Shown: in pieces, positions 30,171 to 39,198 of the stretch
How positions within the stretch are numbered: position 1 is the first letter of the stretch
Layout: each line of letters starts with the position of its first letter
Source of the DNA: an uncultured delta proteobacterium
GTDB lineage: Bacteria; Myxococcota; Kuafuiibacteriia; Kuafuiibacteriales; Kuafuiibacteriaceae
Assembly (NCBI GenBank): GCA_963803435.1
Contig: CAWDML010000001.1
Span: forward strand, 2,912,001-2,976,000
Reading direction: 5' to 3'
Length of the DNA: 64,000 nucleotides
Program-made: the position numbers and the translations under genes
The notes under the pieces: generated by a model
Database searches by the model: none
The model's input: only the letters and a program-made list of their open reading frames with translations
What the model was told of the DNA's origin: nothing

Positions 30171-32003
30171 ATGGATCGACTGGGTGCGCTCCCGATCCTG
30201 ATCGTCCTCTCGGCGTGCGGCGACAACCAACCGCCCGCCCTCCACGACGCCGGCGCGAAGGACTTCGGGTTCGAGCCGTACGACGGCGCCATCCGTCTCG
30301 ACTCGGGCGTTCACCCGGATGCGGAGCTGGAGGACTCCGCCGAGGACGCCGCGGAAGATGCGGGCCTGGAAGACGCAGGCGCCGACGCGGGCGGAGAAGA
30401 GATCCAGCACGGCGCGCTGATCGTGAGCGAGCTCTCGACCAGCGGCGACGAGTGGATCGAGCTCTACAATGCGTCGGCGGCGTCTCTCGAAGTCACCGCC
30501 GCCAGCCTCTCGACGCACGCTGGCACGTTCGTGATCCGTGCGCCCTCCGACCCGACCGGTGCCGCCGGCACACCCGTCACGCTCGCGCCGGGTCGGGTGA
30601 TCCTGGGCTACCCGAATCCGGCCATCCCATCCGCGATTCCTGCGGACGCCGGGTTCGTCTTCGGCGCTCCCGGAGGTGCTCCCGATGCGCTCGCGGATCT
30701 CGGTGACACGATCGCGGTACGCGCCCACGGGATGCTGGAGGACCGGGTCGACTACGACGGCTTTCCACTGGTGGCCGGTCGCGCCACCCAGCTCGGAGCC
30801 GACGCCCTCGATGCAGCAGCGAACGACGATCCCCGCGCGTGGTGCGTCCCGATCTTCCGCGCCTCCACACCGGGAGCGCCGAACTCGAGCTGTCACGAGA
30901 TCGTGATCAGCGAGGTCACCTACGCGGGCGGGCCGCAGTTCGTCGAGCTGGCTGGACCGGGCGGGGCACGCCTCGACGGCGTCACGCTCGAGATGCGCGG
31001 CGCGATCACCTCGACGCGCGCGCTCGGAGGGACGATGCCGCTCGACGGGCTCTACCTCATCGACAACCTCACCCTCGACGGCGGCCCGATGGCGCTCGAG
31101 CTCCGGCGCGGCGGCGCGCTGCTGGACGCGTTCGCATGGGGCAACGCCGCCGGTGAAGGGACGCCGGTCGCGGACCTCACGACCGAGGTCCACGCCGCCG
31201 ACTGGGCGCGCGACGACGCCGAGACCGACACGCAGGACAACCGCGCCGATTTCCACCACGATCCTTCGCCGACGCCGGGGGCGCGGAACGGCGCCGTCGC
31301 GTTCGCGGTCACGCGGCTCGATCCCGACGACGCGATCGCCGGCTCGGACACGATCATCCGGATCGAAGGCAACGACTTCACCGACGCCATGACGGTGACG
31401 CTCGGCGGTGACCTCCTCCCCGCTTGCACGTTCCTCGGCCCCAACACGCTCGAGTGCGCGGCGCCCTACCCCGCCGGCGGCAGCGGGAACGCCGAGCGCA
31501 GCGACCTGACGGTGAGCACGCGCCCCGAGGTCGGCGCCAGCGTCACGCTCACCGGCGGCTTCACCTGGACGACGTCGAACAACGAGACGGACCTCCCGGA
31601 GGAGTGCGACTACTGCGTGCTCCAGTATCCCCCGGCCTCCACCACCACGGCCGGCATGCGGACGGAGCTGATCTACGGACGCGTCTACGAGGCCGGCCTG
31701 ACCGACGTCTCGGCCGGGCAGGCGCCCGGGATCCTCGCCGAGCTCGGCTACGGCCCCGTCGGATCCGATCCGTCAGGGTCGAACGCGTGGATCTGGGTGC
31801 CGGCGATCTTCAACACCGAGTACGGCAACGACGACGAGTACATGCAGCGGCTCACCGTCCCCGCCCCCGGCAGCTATCTGTACACGTATCGCTGGTCGCT
31901 CGACGGCGGCCTGACGTGGAGCTACAGCGACCTCGACGGCGCCGGCTACAATCCGGACCTCTCGTTCAGCGCGCAGGCCCTCGGTACGCTCACGGTGGAT
32001 TGA
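30171..32003 (+). CDS. Lipoprotein with lamin-tail-like domains, IPT/TIG-like domain and C-terminal beta-sandwich
   Basis: Lipobox LSAC; DAG linker; LIVSE..EWIELYN and IVISE..QFVEL; TPGAPN/PTPGARN; C-terminal IYGRVYEAGLT...GYGP...GNDDEY. Confidence 0.75.
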   Translation: MDRLGALPILIVLSACGDNQPPALHDAGAKDFGFEPYDGAIRLDSGVHPDAELEDSAEDAAEDAGLEDAGADAGGEEIQHGALIVSELSTSGDEWIELYNASAASLEVTAASLSTHAGTFVIRAPSDPTGAAGTPVTLAPGRVILGYPNPAIPSAIPADAGFVFGAPGGAPDALADLGDTIAVRAHGMLEDRVDYDGFPLVAGRATQLGADALDAAANDDPRAWCVPIFRASTPGAPNSSCHEIVISEVTYAGGPQFVELAGPGGARLDGVTLEMRGAITSTRALGGTMPLDGLYLIDNLTLDGGPMALELRRGGALLDAFAWGNAAGEGTPVADLTTEVHAADWARDDAETDTQDNRADFHHDPSPTPGARNGAVAFAVTRLDPDDAIAGSDTIIRIEGNDFTDAMTVTLGGDLLPACTFLGPNTLECAAPYPAGGSGNAERSDLTVSTRPEVGASVTLTGGFTWTTSNNETDLPEECDYCVLQYPPASTTTAGMRTELIYGRVYEAGLTDVSAGQAPGILAELGYGPVGSDPSGSNAWIWVPAIFNTEYGNDDEYMQRLTVPAPGSYLYTYRWSLDGGLTWSYSDLDGAGYNPDLSFSAQALGTLTVD

Positions 32004-32089
32004 AACGAGAAGAGCTCCCGATCGAGACCATCTCGATCAGGAGCTCTTCCGTGAGTCGTCAGGAGGGAATGGGTGTTTTCGTGTTCTGA
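32003..32089 (-). ncRNA. Candidate small RNA (~85-90 nt)
   Basis: Lies between a sigma54-like promoter and the terminator; carries a CAUUCCCUCCU anti-SD motif. Confidence 0.4.
32009..32049 (-). terminator. Intrinsic terminator hairpin between convergent genes
   Basis: GAAGAGCTCCCGATCGAGA-CCA-TCTCGATCAGGAGCTCTTC (18 of 19 Watson-Crick pairs); the U-rich tail (UCGUUUC) is on the minus strand. Confidence 0.8.
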
Positions 32090-32100
32090 AGAGGGCCAAT

Positions 32101-32116
32101 CCAAGTCCCGTGCCAG
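32101..32116 (-). promoter_or_regulatory. Putative sigma54 (-24/-12) promoter
   Basis: CTGGCAC-GGGAC-TTGG versus consensus TGGCAC-N5-TTGC; exact spacing, one mismatch at -12. Confidence 0.45.
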
Positions 32117-32212
32117 ACGACCGGACGTGGTCTCACCGCGGTGCCGCGGCGGCGATGGGCAATCTTCGCAGCTCCCACGCCCGCGCTCGAGCAGCCGCTG
32201 CGTCTTTGGGGG

Positions 32213-33358
32213 CTACTCCTTGCGCTCGCGCGCACACTGGGCCAGGAGCTCCCGCCTCTGCTCCTCCAGCATCCAGGGGGTATCGGCGTAGACGTCGTCG
32301 AAGAGCGTCTCGGGGCCGGGCGGCGGCCGCGACTCGGCCACGGTGATGGTCTCGACGATCATCTGGTTGAGCTCGGCCCGGGCGGCCAGCTCCGCGTCCT
32401 TCGACCAGAGCTTCTGCTGGATCAGGAGCTTCTGGTAGCGCTCGAGCGGGTCGCGCTTCTTCCACTCCTCGACCTCGCGATCGTCGCGATAGACGCGGGG
32501 ATCGTCCGAGCTCGAGTGGGCGCCGATCCGGTAGGTCTCCATCTCGAGGAACGACGGGCCGCCGCCGCTGCGGGCGCGCTCGGCCGCCTCCTTCACGGCA
32601 CCGTAGACCGCGAGGACGTCGTTGCCGTCGATCCGCGCGTAGGGGAGCCCGTACGCGATCGCCTTCTCCGCGATGGTGCGGGCGCCGGTCTGGTTCTGGG
32701 TGGGCACGCTGATCGACCAGTGGTTGTTCTGGCAGATGAGCACGACCGGCACCTGGAACACGCCCGCGAAGTTCAGCGCGCTGTGGAAGTCGTTGGAGGA
32801 GGTGGCGCCGTCGCCCATGAACGCGACCGAGATGGCCGGCTCCTTGCGGATCTTGGCGGCCCAGGCCGCGCCCACGGCCTGCGGGATCTGCGTCCCGATC
32901 ACGCTCGACCATGAGACGAAGCCCACCGATCGATCCGCCATGTGCGAGGGCATCTGCCGCCCCTTGAGGCTGTCGCCGCTGTTCCCGAGGATCTGGCAGA
33001 CGTACGTCTCGAGCGCGAAGCCGCGGTAGAGCATCGCAGCGCCCTCCCGCAGGCCGGGAAAGATCCAGTCGCTCGGCTCGATAGCGGCCGCAGTGCCGAT
33101 CGGCGGCGCCTCCTGTCCGGTGCACGGTCCGTAAAAGCCGATGCGCCCCTGGCGCTGCATGATCAGCATGCGCTCGTCGAGGAGGCGGACGGTGAGCATG
33201 TGGCGGTACATGCGGACCATCGTCTCGCCGTCGATCTCCGGGAGCTTACCGACGAGCTGTCCGTCGCTCCCGACGACCTGGTGGAGCTTCGGCTCGGGAT
33301 GCGCGCGCGCGTCGATCAAGATCGACGTCTTGGGCGCACCCTTCGGCGCGGCGATCAT
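32213..33358 (-). CDS. pdhA: 2-oxoacid (pyruvate or branched-chain) dehydrogenase E1 alpha subunit
   Basis: QRQGRIGFY, GQEA, KGRQMPSH, GDGATS...QNNHWSIS, TYRIGAHSSSDDP. Substrate (pdhA versus bkdA1) is not resolvable. Confidence 0.85.
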   Translation of the reverse strand: MIAAPKGAPKTSILIDARAHPEPKLHQVVGSDGQLVGKLPEIDGETMVRMYRHMLTVRLLDERMLIMQRQGRIGFYGPCTGQEAPPIGTAAAIEPSDWIFPGLREGAAMLYRGFALETYVCQILGNSGDSLKGRQMPSHMADRSVGFVSWSSVIGTQIPQAVGAAWAAKIRKEPAISVAFMGDGATSSNDFHSALNFAGVFQVPVVLICQNNHWSISVPTQNQTGARTIAEKAIAYGLPYARIDGNDVLAVYGAVKEAAERARSGGGPSFLEMETYRIGAHSSSDDPRVYRDDREVEEWKKRDPLERYQKLLIQQKLWSKDAELAARAELNQMIVETITVAESRPPPGPETLFDDVYADTPWMLEEQRRELLAQCARERKE

Positions 33359-33359
33359 T

Positions 33360-34715
33360 TCACGCCATCTCCATCATCAGGCGATCGGGATTCTCGAGCA
33401 GCCGGATCACCGTGTACGTGAAGGCGGCTCCGACGTGGCCGTCGATCAGGCGGTGATCGAACGACAGCGAGAGGTTCATCATGTCGCGGATGACGATCTG
33501 ATCGGAGTCGTCCTTCACCATCGGTCGCCGCGAGATCTTGTGGACGCCCATGATGGCGACCTCGGGATAGTTGATGATCGGCGTGGCGAAGATCCCGCCG
33601 TCCTTGCCCAGGCTGGTGATCGTGAAGGTGGAGCCGCCCAGATCCTCCTGGGTGAGGCGGTTGTCCCGCACGGCGTCGGCGAGGCGCCCGATCTCACGCT
33701 GGAGGTCGACCAGCGATCGGCGATCGGCGTGGCGCACGACGGGCACGATCAACCCGCGCTCCGAGGCCACCGCCACCCCGATGTGGAAGTCGGCGCGCTT
33801 GATGAACTCCATGGCGTCGTCGTCGACGTGCCCGTTCATGTTGGGGAACTGCTTGAGGGCGGCGATGACGGCCTTCACGATGAAGGGGAGAAAGGTGAAC
33901 TTGAGCTCGCCCGGCTTCAGCTTCTCGTTGAAGCGCTTGCGCAGCGCGACCATCTCGGTCGCATCGCACTCCTCGACGAAGGTGAAGTGCGCGGCGGTGA
34001 ACGCGGACTGCGCCATGTTCTCCCAGATGCGACGGCGAAGGCCGCGCACCGGAATGCGCTCGTCGGTACCGACCAGCGGGCGCATCTCGATCGGCTTGTG
34101 CTCGGCGCGCGGCACGGTGGGCGTCGCGGCGGCCAGCGACGCCGGCTGCGGTCGGGCGCTCGCGCTCCGCTTCACGTCGTCGGAGGTGACCCGGCCGGCA
34201 GGTCCGGTACCGCGGACCGCGGTGAGATCCACGTTGAGCTCGCGCGCCAGACGACGTGTCGCAGGCGCAGCCAAGACCTTGCCTCCGGTCGGCGCGAGCG
34301 CGCTGCCCCCGCCGTTGTGGGTCGCTGGGCGCGGGACGGGCGGGGCCTCGGCGCGCGGAGCCGACGCGCTCGCGGCCTGCATCCCCGTCGCGCCGGAGCT
34401 GGGCGCCGTCGCCGCCGAGGGGAGCGACGCCTTCGGTGTCTCGCGGGGAGCGGCCGCCGGCGGCGGTGCAACCTGCGCGGCTTCGTCGATCACCACGAGC
34501 ACCGAGTGAACCTGAATGATGTCGCCCTCTTTGCCTCGAGTCTGCCGGACCACGCCCTTCTTCGGAGACGGGATCACGACCGTCGCCTTGTCGGTCATGA
34601 CCTCGACCATGGGCTGGTCGACGTCCACGGGATCTCCCTCTTTCACGAGCCACCTGACGATCTCACCTTCGACGACGCCCTCGCCGATGTCCGGAAGCTT
34701 GAACTCGAACGGCAT
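33360..34715 (-). CDS. 2-oxoacid dehydrogenase E2 dihydrolipoamide acyltransferase
   Basis: Lipoyl domain EVMTDKA, E3-binding LAAPATRRLARE...GTGPAGRV, catalytic DHRLIDG. Confidence 0.92.
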   Translation of the reverse strand: MPFEFKLPDIGEGVVEGEIVRWLVKEGDPVDVDQPMVEVMTDKATVVIPSPKKGVVRQTRGKEGDIIQVHSVLVVIDEAAQVAPPPAAAPRETPKASLPSAATAPSSGATGMQAASASAPRAEAPPVPRPATHNGGGSALAPTGGKVLAAPATRRLARELNVDLTAVRGTGPAGRVTSDDVKRSASARPQPASLAAATPTVPRAEHKPIEMRPLVGTDERIPVRGLRRRIWENMAQSAFTAAHFTFVEECDATEMVALRKRFNEKLKPGELKFTFLPFIVKAVIAALKQFPNMNGHVDDDAMEFIKRADFHIGVAVASERGLIVPVVRHADRRSLVDLQREIGRLADAVRDNRLTQEDLGGSTFTITSLGKDGGIFATPIINYPEVAIMGVHKISRRPMVKDDSDQIVIRDMMNLSLSFDHRLIDGHVGAAFTYTVIRLLENPDRLMMEMA

Positions 34716-34725
34716 GATGGCGAGG

Positions 34726-34755
34726 AACCTAGGTTTGGGACGTGAAGAGCGTCAA
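34726..34755 (-). promoter_or_regulatory. Putative sigma70 promoter for the E2 gene (very short leader)
   Basis: TTGACG-N18-TAGGTT ending 10 nt before the ATG at 34715; no SD sequence. Confidence 0.45.
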
Positions 34756-34844
34756 CCAAAACAGCGGGGGACCTCGCTGAAATGGAGGGGATGTGGGAAG
34801 GACTGGACTGGGGAGGGATTCGGTGGCCTAACGTAGGACCCGAC

Positions 34845-35087
34845 ATGCGCGTCGAACCGACGGTCACCACCGGAGAGCTGGAGCGGGCCTATTGCGCCGC
34901 ACTGGTCGAGGCCACGCTGCCCGAGATCACCCACCCTTTGTGCCCGGACGAGCTGGCCGAGCCCTCCCTGCCCCCCGACACGGTCCTGATCGAGGAGGCC
35001 ATCTACAGCCACCGCCGGCACGCGCTGCTGGCCGGCTGCGCGGTCGCCGGTCTGGTCCTCGGGGTATTTTCCGCCTTCTTCTTTTAG
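34845..35087 (+). CDS. Small hypothetical protein with C-terminal TM helix
   Basis: MRVEPTV...ALLAGCAVAGLVLGVFSAFFF. Confidence 0.5.
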   Translation: MRVEPTVTTGELERAYCAALVEATLPEITHPLCPDELAEPSLPPDTVLIEEAIYSHRRHALLAGCAVAGLVLGVFSAFFF

Positions 35088-35130
35088 CAACGAAACGCCT
35101 CCGTCCGACGATAAAACGCCGGGCCCCCGT

Positions 35131-35823
35131 ATGGTTCGAATTCTCCAACTCTCCGCCGAGCTCGCCGACTCCATCTTCGAGGCGCAGTCTCGCAACCTTC
35201 AGCGGCTCACCGAGGCGACCGACGCCGAGTCGAAAGCCTTTATCGAGGCGCTCGAGGAGCTCGAGAGAAGACGGGGTTACCAGCTCGTCGACGAGGCCCT
35301 CGACGCCGCCGCCCTCGAGATCTGGATGCGCGGCGTGGTCACGCAGGCCGCCAGCGCGGGGGACGACGTCGTCCTCTCGATGCCGAGCAGCCTCCCCGCC
35401 TCGACCGCGGGAGGCCCCTCGTTCGACGCGCTCAATGCGCTGGTCTCCGCCGCGGGCGAAGAGGACGACCGCACGCGCTACCGCTATCTGCCGCACCCCG
35501 GCGACGTGGCCACCGCGCTCGATCAGGCGGGCCTCGATCCGGCGTGGTCGCAGCTGTTCCGCTCGATCGCCGAGCGCATGGAGGAGGCGGAGCACAAGTT
35601 GGGCTCGCGGCTGACCCGCGTCCAGGCCGACGCCGGACACCTGTTGCTGTCTGCGCTCAAGCAGGAGCAGCGGTTGATCCAGTCCTTCGGCACCGATCGC
35701 CTGGTGCAGCTGTTCACGGATCCGAGATCGCTGACACGGCGAGATCCGCCGCCGCAGCTGGGCCGTCGCGGTGTGCCGGAGGCGGCGTTGTTGAAGTCGA
35801 TAGCCGCGGTTCGCAACGCGTAG
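35131..35823 (+). CDS. Hypothetical helical protein
   Basis: 230-aa ORF with natural composition; no motif recognised. Confidence 0.6.
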   Translation: MVRILQLSAELADSIFEAQSRNLQRLTEATDAESKAFIEALEELERRRGYQLVDEALDAAALEIWMRGVVTQAASAGDDVVLSMPSSLPASTAGGPSFDALNALVSAAGEEDDRTRYRYLPHPGDVATALDQAGLDPAWSQLFRSIAERMEEAEHKLGSRLTRVQADAGHLLLSALKQEQRLIQSFGTDRLVQLFTDPRSLTRRDPPPQLGRRGVPEAALLKSIAAVRNA

Positions 35824-35825
35824 CG

Positions 35826-36455
35826 CTACCCGCTCCTGAACTCCGCCTCGATCACGTCCATCACCTCTGCGATCGGGACCTCGCGGCCGAGCTCCTGGGA
35901 CAGCGACGTCACCGAGCGATCGCGGATCCCGCAGGGCACGATCAAGCTGAACGCGTCGAGCGCGCTCGACACGTTGAACGCGAACCCGTGCGACGTGACC
36001 CAGCGCGAGATCCGAACGCCGATCGCGCCGATCTTCCGCCGCCCCGCGATCCAGGTCCCGATCATCCCCTCCACGCGACCGGCCTCGATCCCGTAGCGCG
36101 CGCAGGTCCGGATCATCACCTCCTCGAGGCTCTTCACGTACTTGCGCACGTCCTTTCGGTCCGGGCTCAGGTCCACGATCGGATAGCCGACGATCTGTCC
36201 CGGCCCGTGGTAGGTGACGTCGCCGCCCCGGCCGGTCTCGATGACCTCGATGCCGCGGCGCTCCAGCTCGGCGGCGCCGGCCAGGATGTTCTCCCGCTTG
36301 GCGCGCCGCCCCAGCGTCAGCACCGGCTCGTGCTCGAGGAGGTAGAGGGTGTCGGGGACGAGAGCGGCCATGCGGTCGGCGACCCGCGCTTCCATCAGCT
36401 CGAGGCCGTCGCGGTAGCGGACGCGCCCCAGGCGCACGACCTCGAGCCGGCTCAC
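35826..36455 (-). CDS. lipB: Lipoyl(octanoyl) transferase
   Basis: LLEHEPVLTLGR, RGGDVTYHGPGQIVGYPI, KIGAIG, SHGFAFN, IVPCG; GTG start overlaps the lpdA stop. Confidence 0.93.
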   Translation of the reverse strand: MSRLEVVRLGRVRYRDGLELMEARVADRMAALVPDTLYLLEHEPVLTLGRRAKRENILAGAAELERRGIEVIETGRGGDVTYHGPGQIVGYPIVDLSPDRKDVRKYVKSLEEVMIRTCARYGIEAGRVEGMIGTWIAGRRKIGAIGVRISRWVTSHGFAFNVSSALDAFSLIVPCGIRDRSVTSLSQELGREVPIAEVMDVIEAEFRSG

Positions 36456-37894
36456 GCGTTCTTGGAGACCGCGTGCCGCTCGCCGGCGGGACGGCGGTTG
36501 ATGATGTGGACCGCCTCGCCCCGGGCGGCCTTGGCGGCCTCCATGATCCCCTCCGACAGCGTCGGATGGACGTGGACCGTCAGGGCCAGGTCCTCCGCGA
36601 GCGCGCCCATCTCGAGGGCGAGGCAGCACTCGGCGATCAGATCGCAGGCGTTGCCGGCCGCGACGCCGACGCCCAGGATGACGTCGGACTTGGCGTCGAC
36701 GACCACCTTCACCACGCCTTCGGTCTGGTTCATGGCGGCGGCGCGGCCGAGCGCGCTGATCGGGAACAGGCCGGTGCGCACCTCGTAGCCCTTCGCCTTG
36801 GCCTCGGCTTCCATCAGGCCGGCGAACGCGATCTCGGGATCGGTGAAGACGCCGCCGGGCATGGCCACGGCGTCGTATGCGGCCGGCTTCCCGGCGATCA
36901 CGTCGGTGGCGACCTCGGCCATGTACGAGGCACGGTGGGCGAGCAGCGGCGGTCCGGTGAGATCGCCGATGGCGTAGATGTTGGGGACGTTGGTACGGCA
37001 GTGGGCGTCGACCTTGACCCAGCCGCGCTCGTCGAGCTCGACGCCGGCCTTCTCCAGGCCGAGGCCGCTCGTGTTGGGCTTGAAGCCGACCGAGACCAGG
37101 ATCTTGTCGGCGGCGATCTTCTTGGTCTCGCCTTTGATCTCGACCTCGACCTCGACGCCGCCGGAGACCTTCTTCCAGCCCTTGGCCTTGGCCTCGGTGA
37201 AGACCTCGACGCCGATGTTCTTCATCGACTTGGTCACCGGACGCAGCAGGTCCTTGTCGGTGCCAGGCAGGATCTGCGGCATCATCTCGACGATCGTGAC
37301 CTTGGAGCCCAGCTTGGCGTAAGCGGTGCCGAGCTCGCAGCCGATCACGCCGCCGCCGATGATCACGAGGCGCTTCGGGATCGGATCGTACGCGACGGCG
37401 TGGCGCGCATAGCCGACCAGGTCGTCGTCGTACTTGAAGCCGGGGATCTCGATGACGGTGGCGCCGGTGGCGAGCACCAGCTGATCGACCGTGAGCTCCC
37501 TGGGCTTGCCGTTGCCGCCCGAGACGCTGAGCGTGTTCGGCCCGGTGATCAGCGCCGTGCCGGTGAGGTGATCGCAGTTGTTGGCCTTGAGCAGGCTGGC
37601 GATGCCCTTGCGCTGCTTGTCGATGATCCCGTTCTTCCAGACCTGGAGGTCCTTCGAGCTGACCTCCGGGATCCCGCCGGTGAACACCTTCCCGAAGTGC
37701 TGCACCTCGCTGCGCACGTTGGCGGCGTGGATGATCGCCTTGCTGGGGATGCAGCCCCAGTTGAGGCAGACGCCCCCGAGATGCTCGCGCTCGATGACGA
37801 CGGCCTTCTTGCCGTGCTGCCCGAGACGAATGCCGGCGACGTATCCGCCCGGCCCTCCACCGATCACTGCGACTTCGTAGCGCTCGCTCGCCAT
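36452..37894 (-). CDS. lpdA: Dihydrolipoamide dehydrogenase (E3)
   Basis: GGGPGGY, GGVCLNWGCIPSK, GGGVIGCE, HVHPTLSE. Confidence 0.95.
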   Translation of the reverse strand: MASERYEVAVIGGGPGGYVAGIRLGQHGKKAVVIEREHLGGVCLNWGCIPSKAIIHAANVRSEVQHFGKVFTGGIPEVSSKDLQVWKNGIIDKQRKGIASLLKANNCDHLTGTALITGPNTLSVSGGNGKPRELTVDQLVLATGATVIEIPGFKYDDDLVGYARHAVAYDPIPKRLVIIGGGVIGCELGTAYAKLGSKVTIVEMMPQILPGTDKDLLRPVTKSMKNIGVEVFTEAKAKGWKKVSGGVEVEVEIKGETKKIAADKILVSVGFKPNTSGLGLEKAGVELDERGWVKVDAHCRTNVPNIYAIGDLTGPPLLAHRASYMAEVATDVIAGKPAAYDAVAMPGGVFTDPEIAFAGLMEAEAKAKGYEVRTGLFPISALGRAAAMNQTEGVVKVVVDAKSDVILGVGVAAGNACDLIAECCLALEMGALAEDLALTVHVHPTLSEGIMEAAKAARGEAVHIINRRPAGERHAVSKNA

Positions 37895-37911
37895 GCGCTG
37901 GGCCTAGCCCA

Positions 37912-39198
37912 TCACCGGACCAATTCCAACAGGAACTCTGCGTTGCGACGCGACGCCCCGCGCGCCTTCTTCACCGCCTCCCGCGCCATCGCACCCAAGT
38001 GCTCGATTTCCTCGGGTCGGGAGAGCAGCTCCTTGCCGACCTTCTCCAGCTGGTCGGGCGTCGCCACCTGGATGCCGCCGCGTCCGAGCAGCACTTCCAC
38101 CGAGTCGCGAAAGTTCATCATGTGCGGCCCGAAGAGCACCGGCCGCCCCTGGCCGGCAGGCTCCAGGATGTTCTGGCCCCCGCGCGACACGAAGCTGCCG
38201 CCGACGAACACCAGCGTGGCGAGACCGTACGCGGTGGTCAGCTCGCCCATGGTGTCGAGCACGATCACCTCCGACGCCTGCACCTCGCGGGGGTGGAGGT
38301 CGGCCTGGCTGCGGAGTGCGGCGGTGAAGCCCTCGTGCTCGGCCAGGTGCTGGATCTTGGCGGCGCGCTCGACGTAGCGAGGCGCGATCATCAGGCGCAC
38401 CGAAGCGTCGGCGCTCTGCATGCCGCGGAAGGCCCGGAGGATCGCCCGCTCCTCGCCCTCGTGGGTGGAGCCGGCCACCAGCCAGCGGGTCCGGTCGGCC
38501 CCGACGAGCCCGCGGAGCGCTTCGATGCGCCCGGCGTCGGGGAGCTTCCCCAGGTTGTCGAACTTGGTGTTGCCGGTGACCTTCACGTGCGACTTGGGAG
38601 CGCCCAGCGAGAGCGCTCGCTCGGCCTCCCGCTCCTCGCGCATCAGGAGCAGATCGATCTTGGCGAGCTGGTTGCCGAACAGCGCGTGCAGCAGCCGGTA
38701 GCGCTTCACCAGCGATTCGCTCAACCGGCCGTTGGTGAGGGCCACCTTGGCGCCGGTCCGTTTGACGGCGTGGATCAGGTTCGGCCAGAGCTCGGCGTAC
38801 TCGAGCACCAGGAGATCGGGGCGGATGGCGCGGGCCGCCCGGGCGGTGGCGCCGGGGAGGTCGTAAGGCACGAACACGACCGCGTCGACCAGCGGCGCGA
38901 TCCTGTCCCGGCCGATGGCGAACCCGGAGTTCGTCATGGTGGAGACAATCAGGGTGGCGCCATCGCCGATGATCCGCCGCAGCTCCTGGATGATCGGCAT
39001 CAGCGCCAGCAGATCGCCCGCGGAGGCACCGTGGAGCCAGATGCGCTTCTTGGCCGGATCGCGGGGCGGGAGCTCGCCGTCCCGGTAGAAGCCGAAGCGC
39101 TGGCGGATCCCGTCGCGCAGCTTGGGATGGAGCCAGAGCAGCGGCATGAGCGTGCCGAAGAGGAGCCAGCTCGCGAGCTGATAGATCAGGTGGCGCAC
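37912..39198 (-). CDS. waaA: Kdo transferase
   Basis: IWLHGASAGD, ELWPNL, NGRLS, TGNTKFD, AGSTHEGEE, DTMGEL, FVGGSF..GGQNILEPA; start trimmed to GTG at 39198. Confidence 0.92.
   Translation of the reverse strand: MRHLIYQLASWLLFGTLMPLLWLHPKLRDGIRQRFGFYRDGELPPRDPAKKRIWLHGASAGDLLALMPIIQELRRIIGDGATLIVSTMTNSGFAIGRDRIAPLVDAVVFVPYDLPGATARAARAIRPDLLVLEYAELWPNLIHAVKRTGAKVALTNGRLSESLVKRYRLLHALFGNQLAKIDLLLMREEREAERALSLGAPKSHVKVTGNTKFDNLGKLPDAGRIEALRGLVGADRTRWLVAGSTHEGEERAILRAFRGMQSADASVRLMIAPRYVERAAKIQHLAEHEGFTAALRSQADLHPREVQASEVIVLDTMGELTTAYGLATLVFVGGSFVSRGGQNILEPAGQGRPVLFGPHMMNFRDSVEVLLGRGGIQVATPDQLEKVGKELLSRPEEIEHLGAMAREAVKKARGASRRNAEFLLELVR

Noticed and set aside
32061-32089. Plus-strand mini-ORF AGGAGG-GA-ATG (MGVFVF)
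   Set aside because: SD-to-ATG spacing is too short and it lies after the hairpin; it is better explained as the antisense of the candidate sRNA seed.
34787-34817. Four G-tracts (possible G-quadruplex) in a divergent promoter
   Set aside because: One loop is 12 nt, and such tracts are expected by chance at this GC content.
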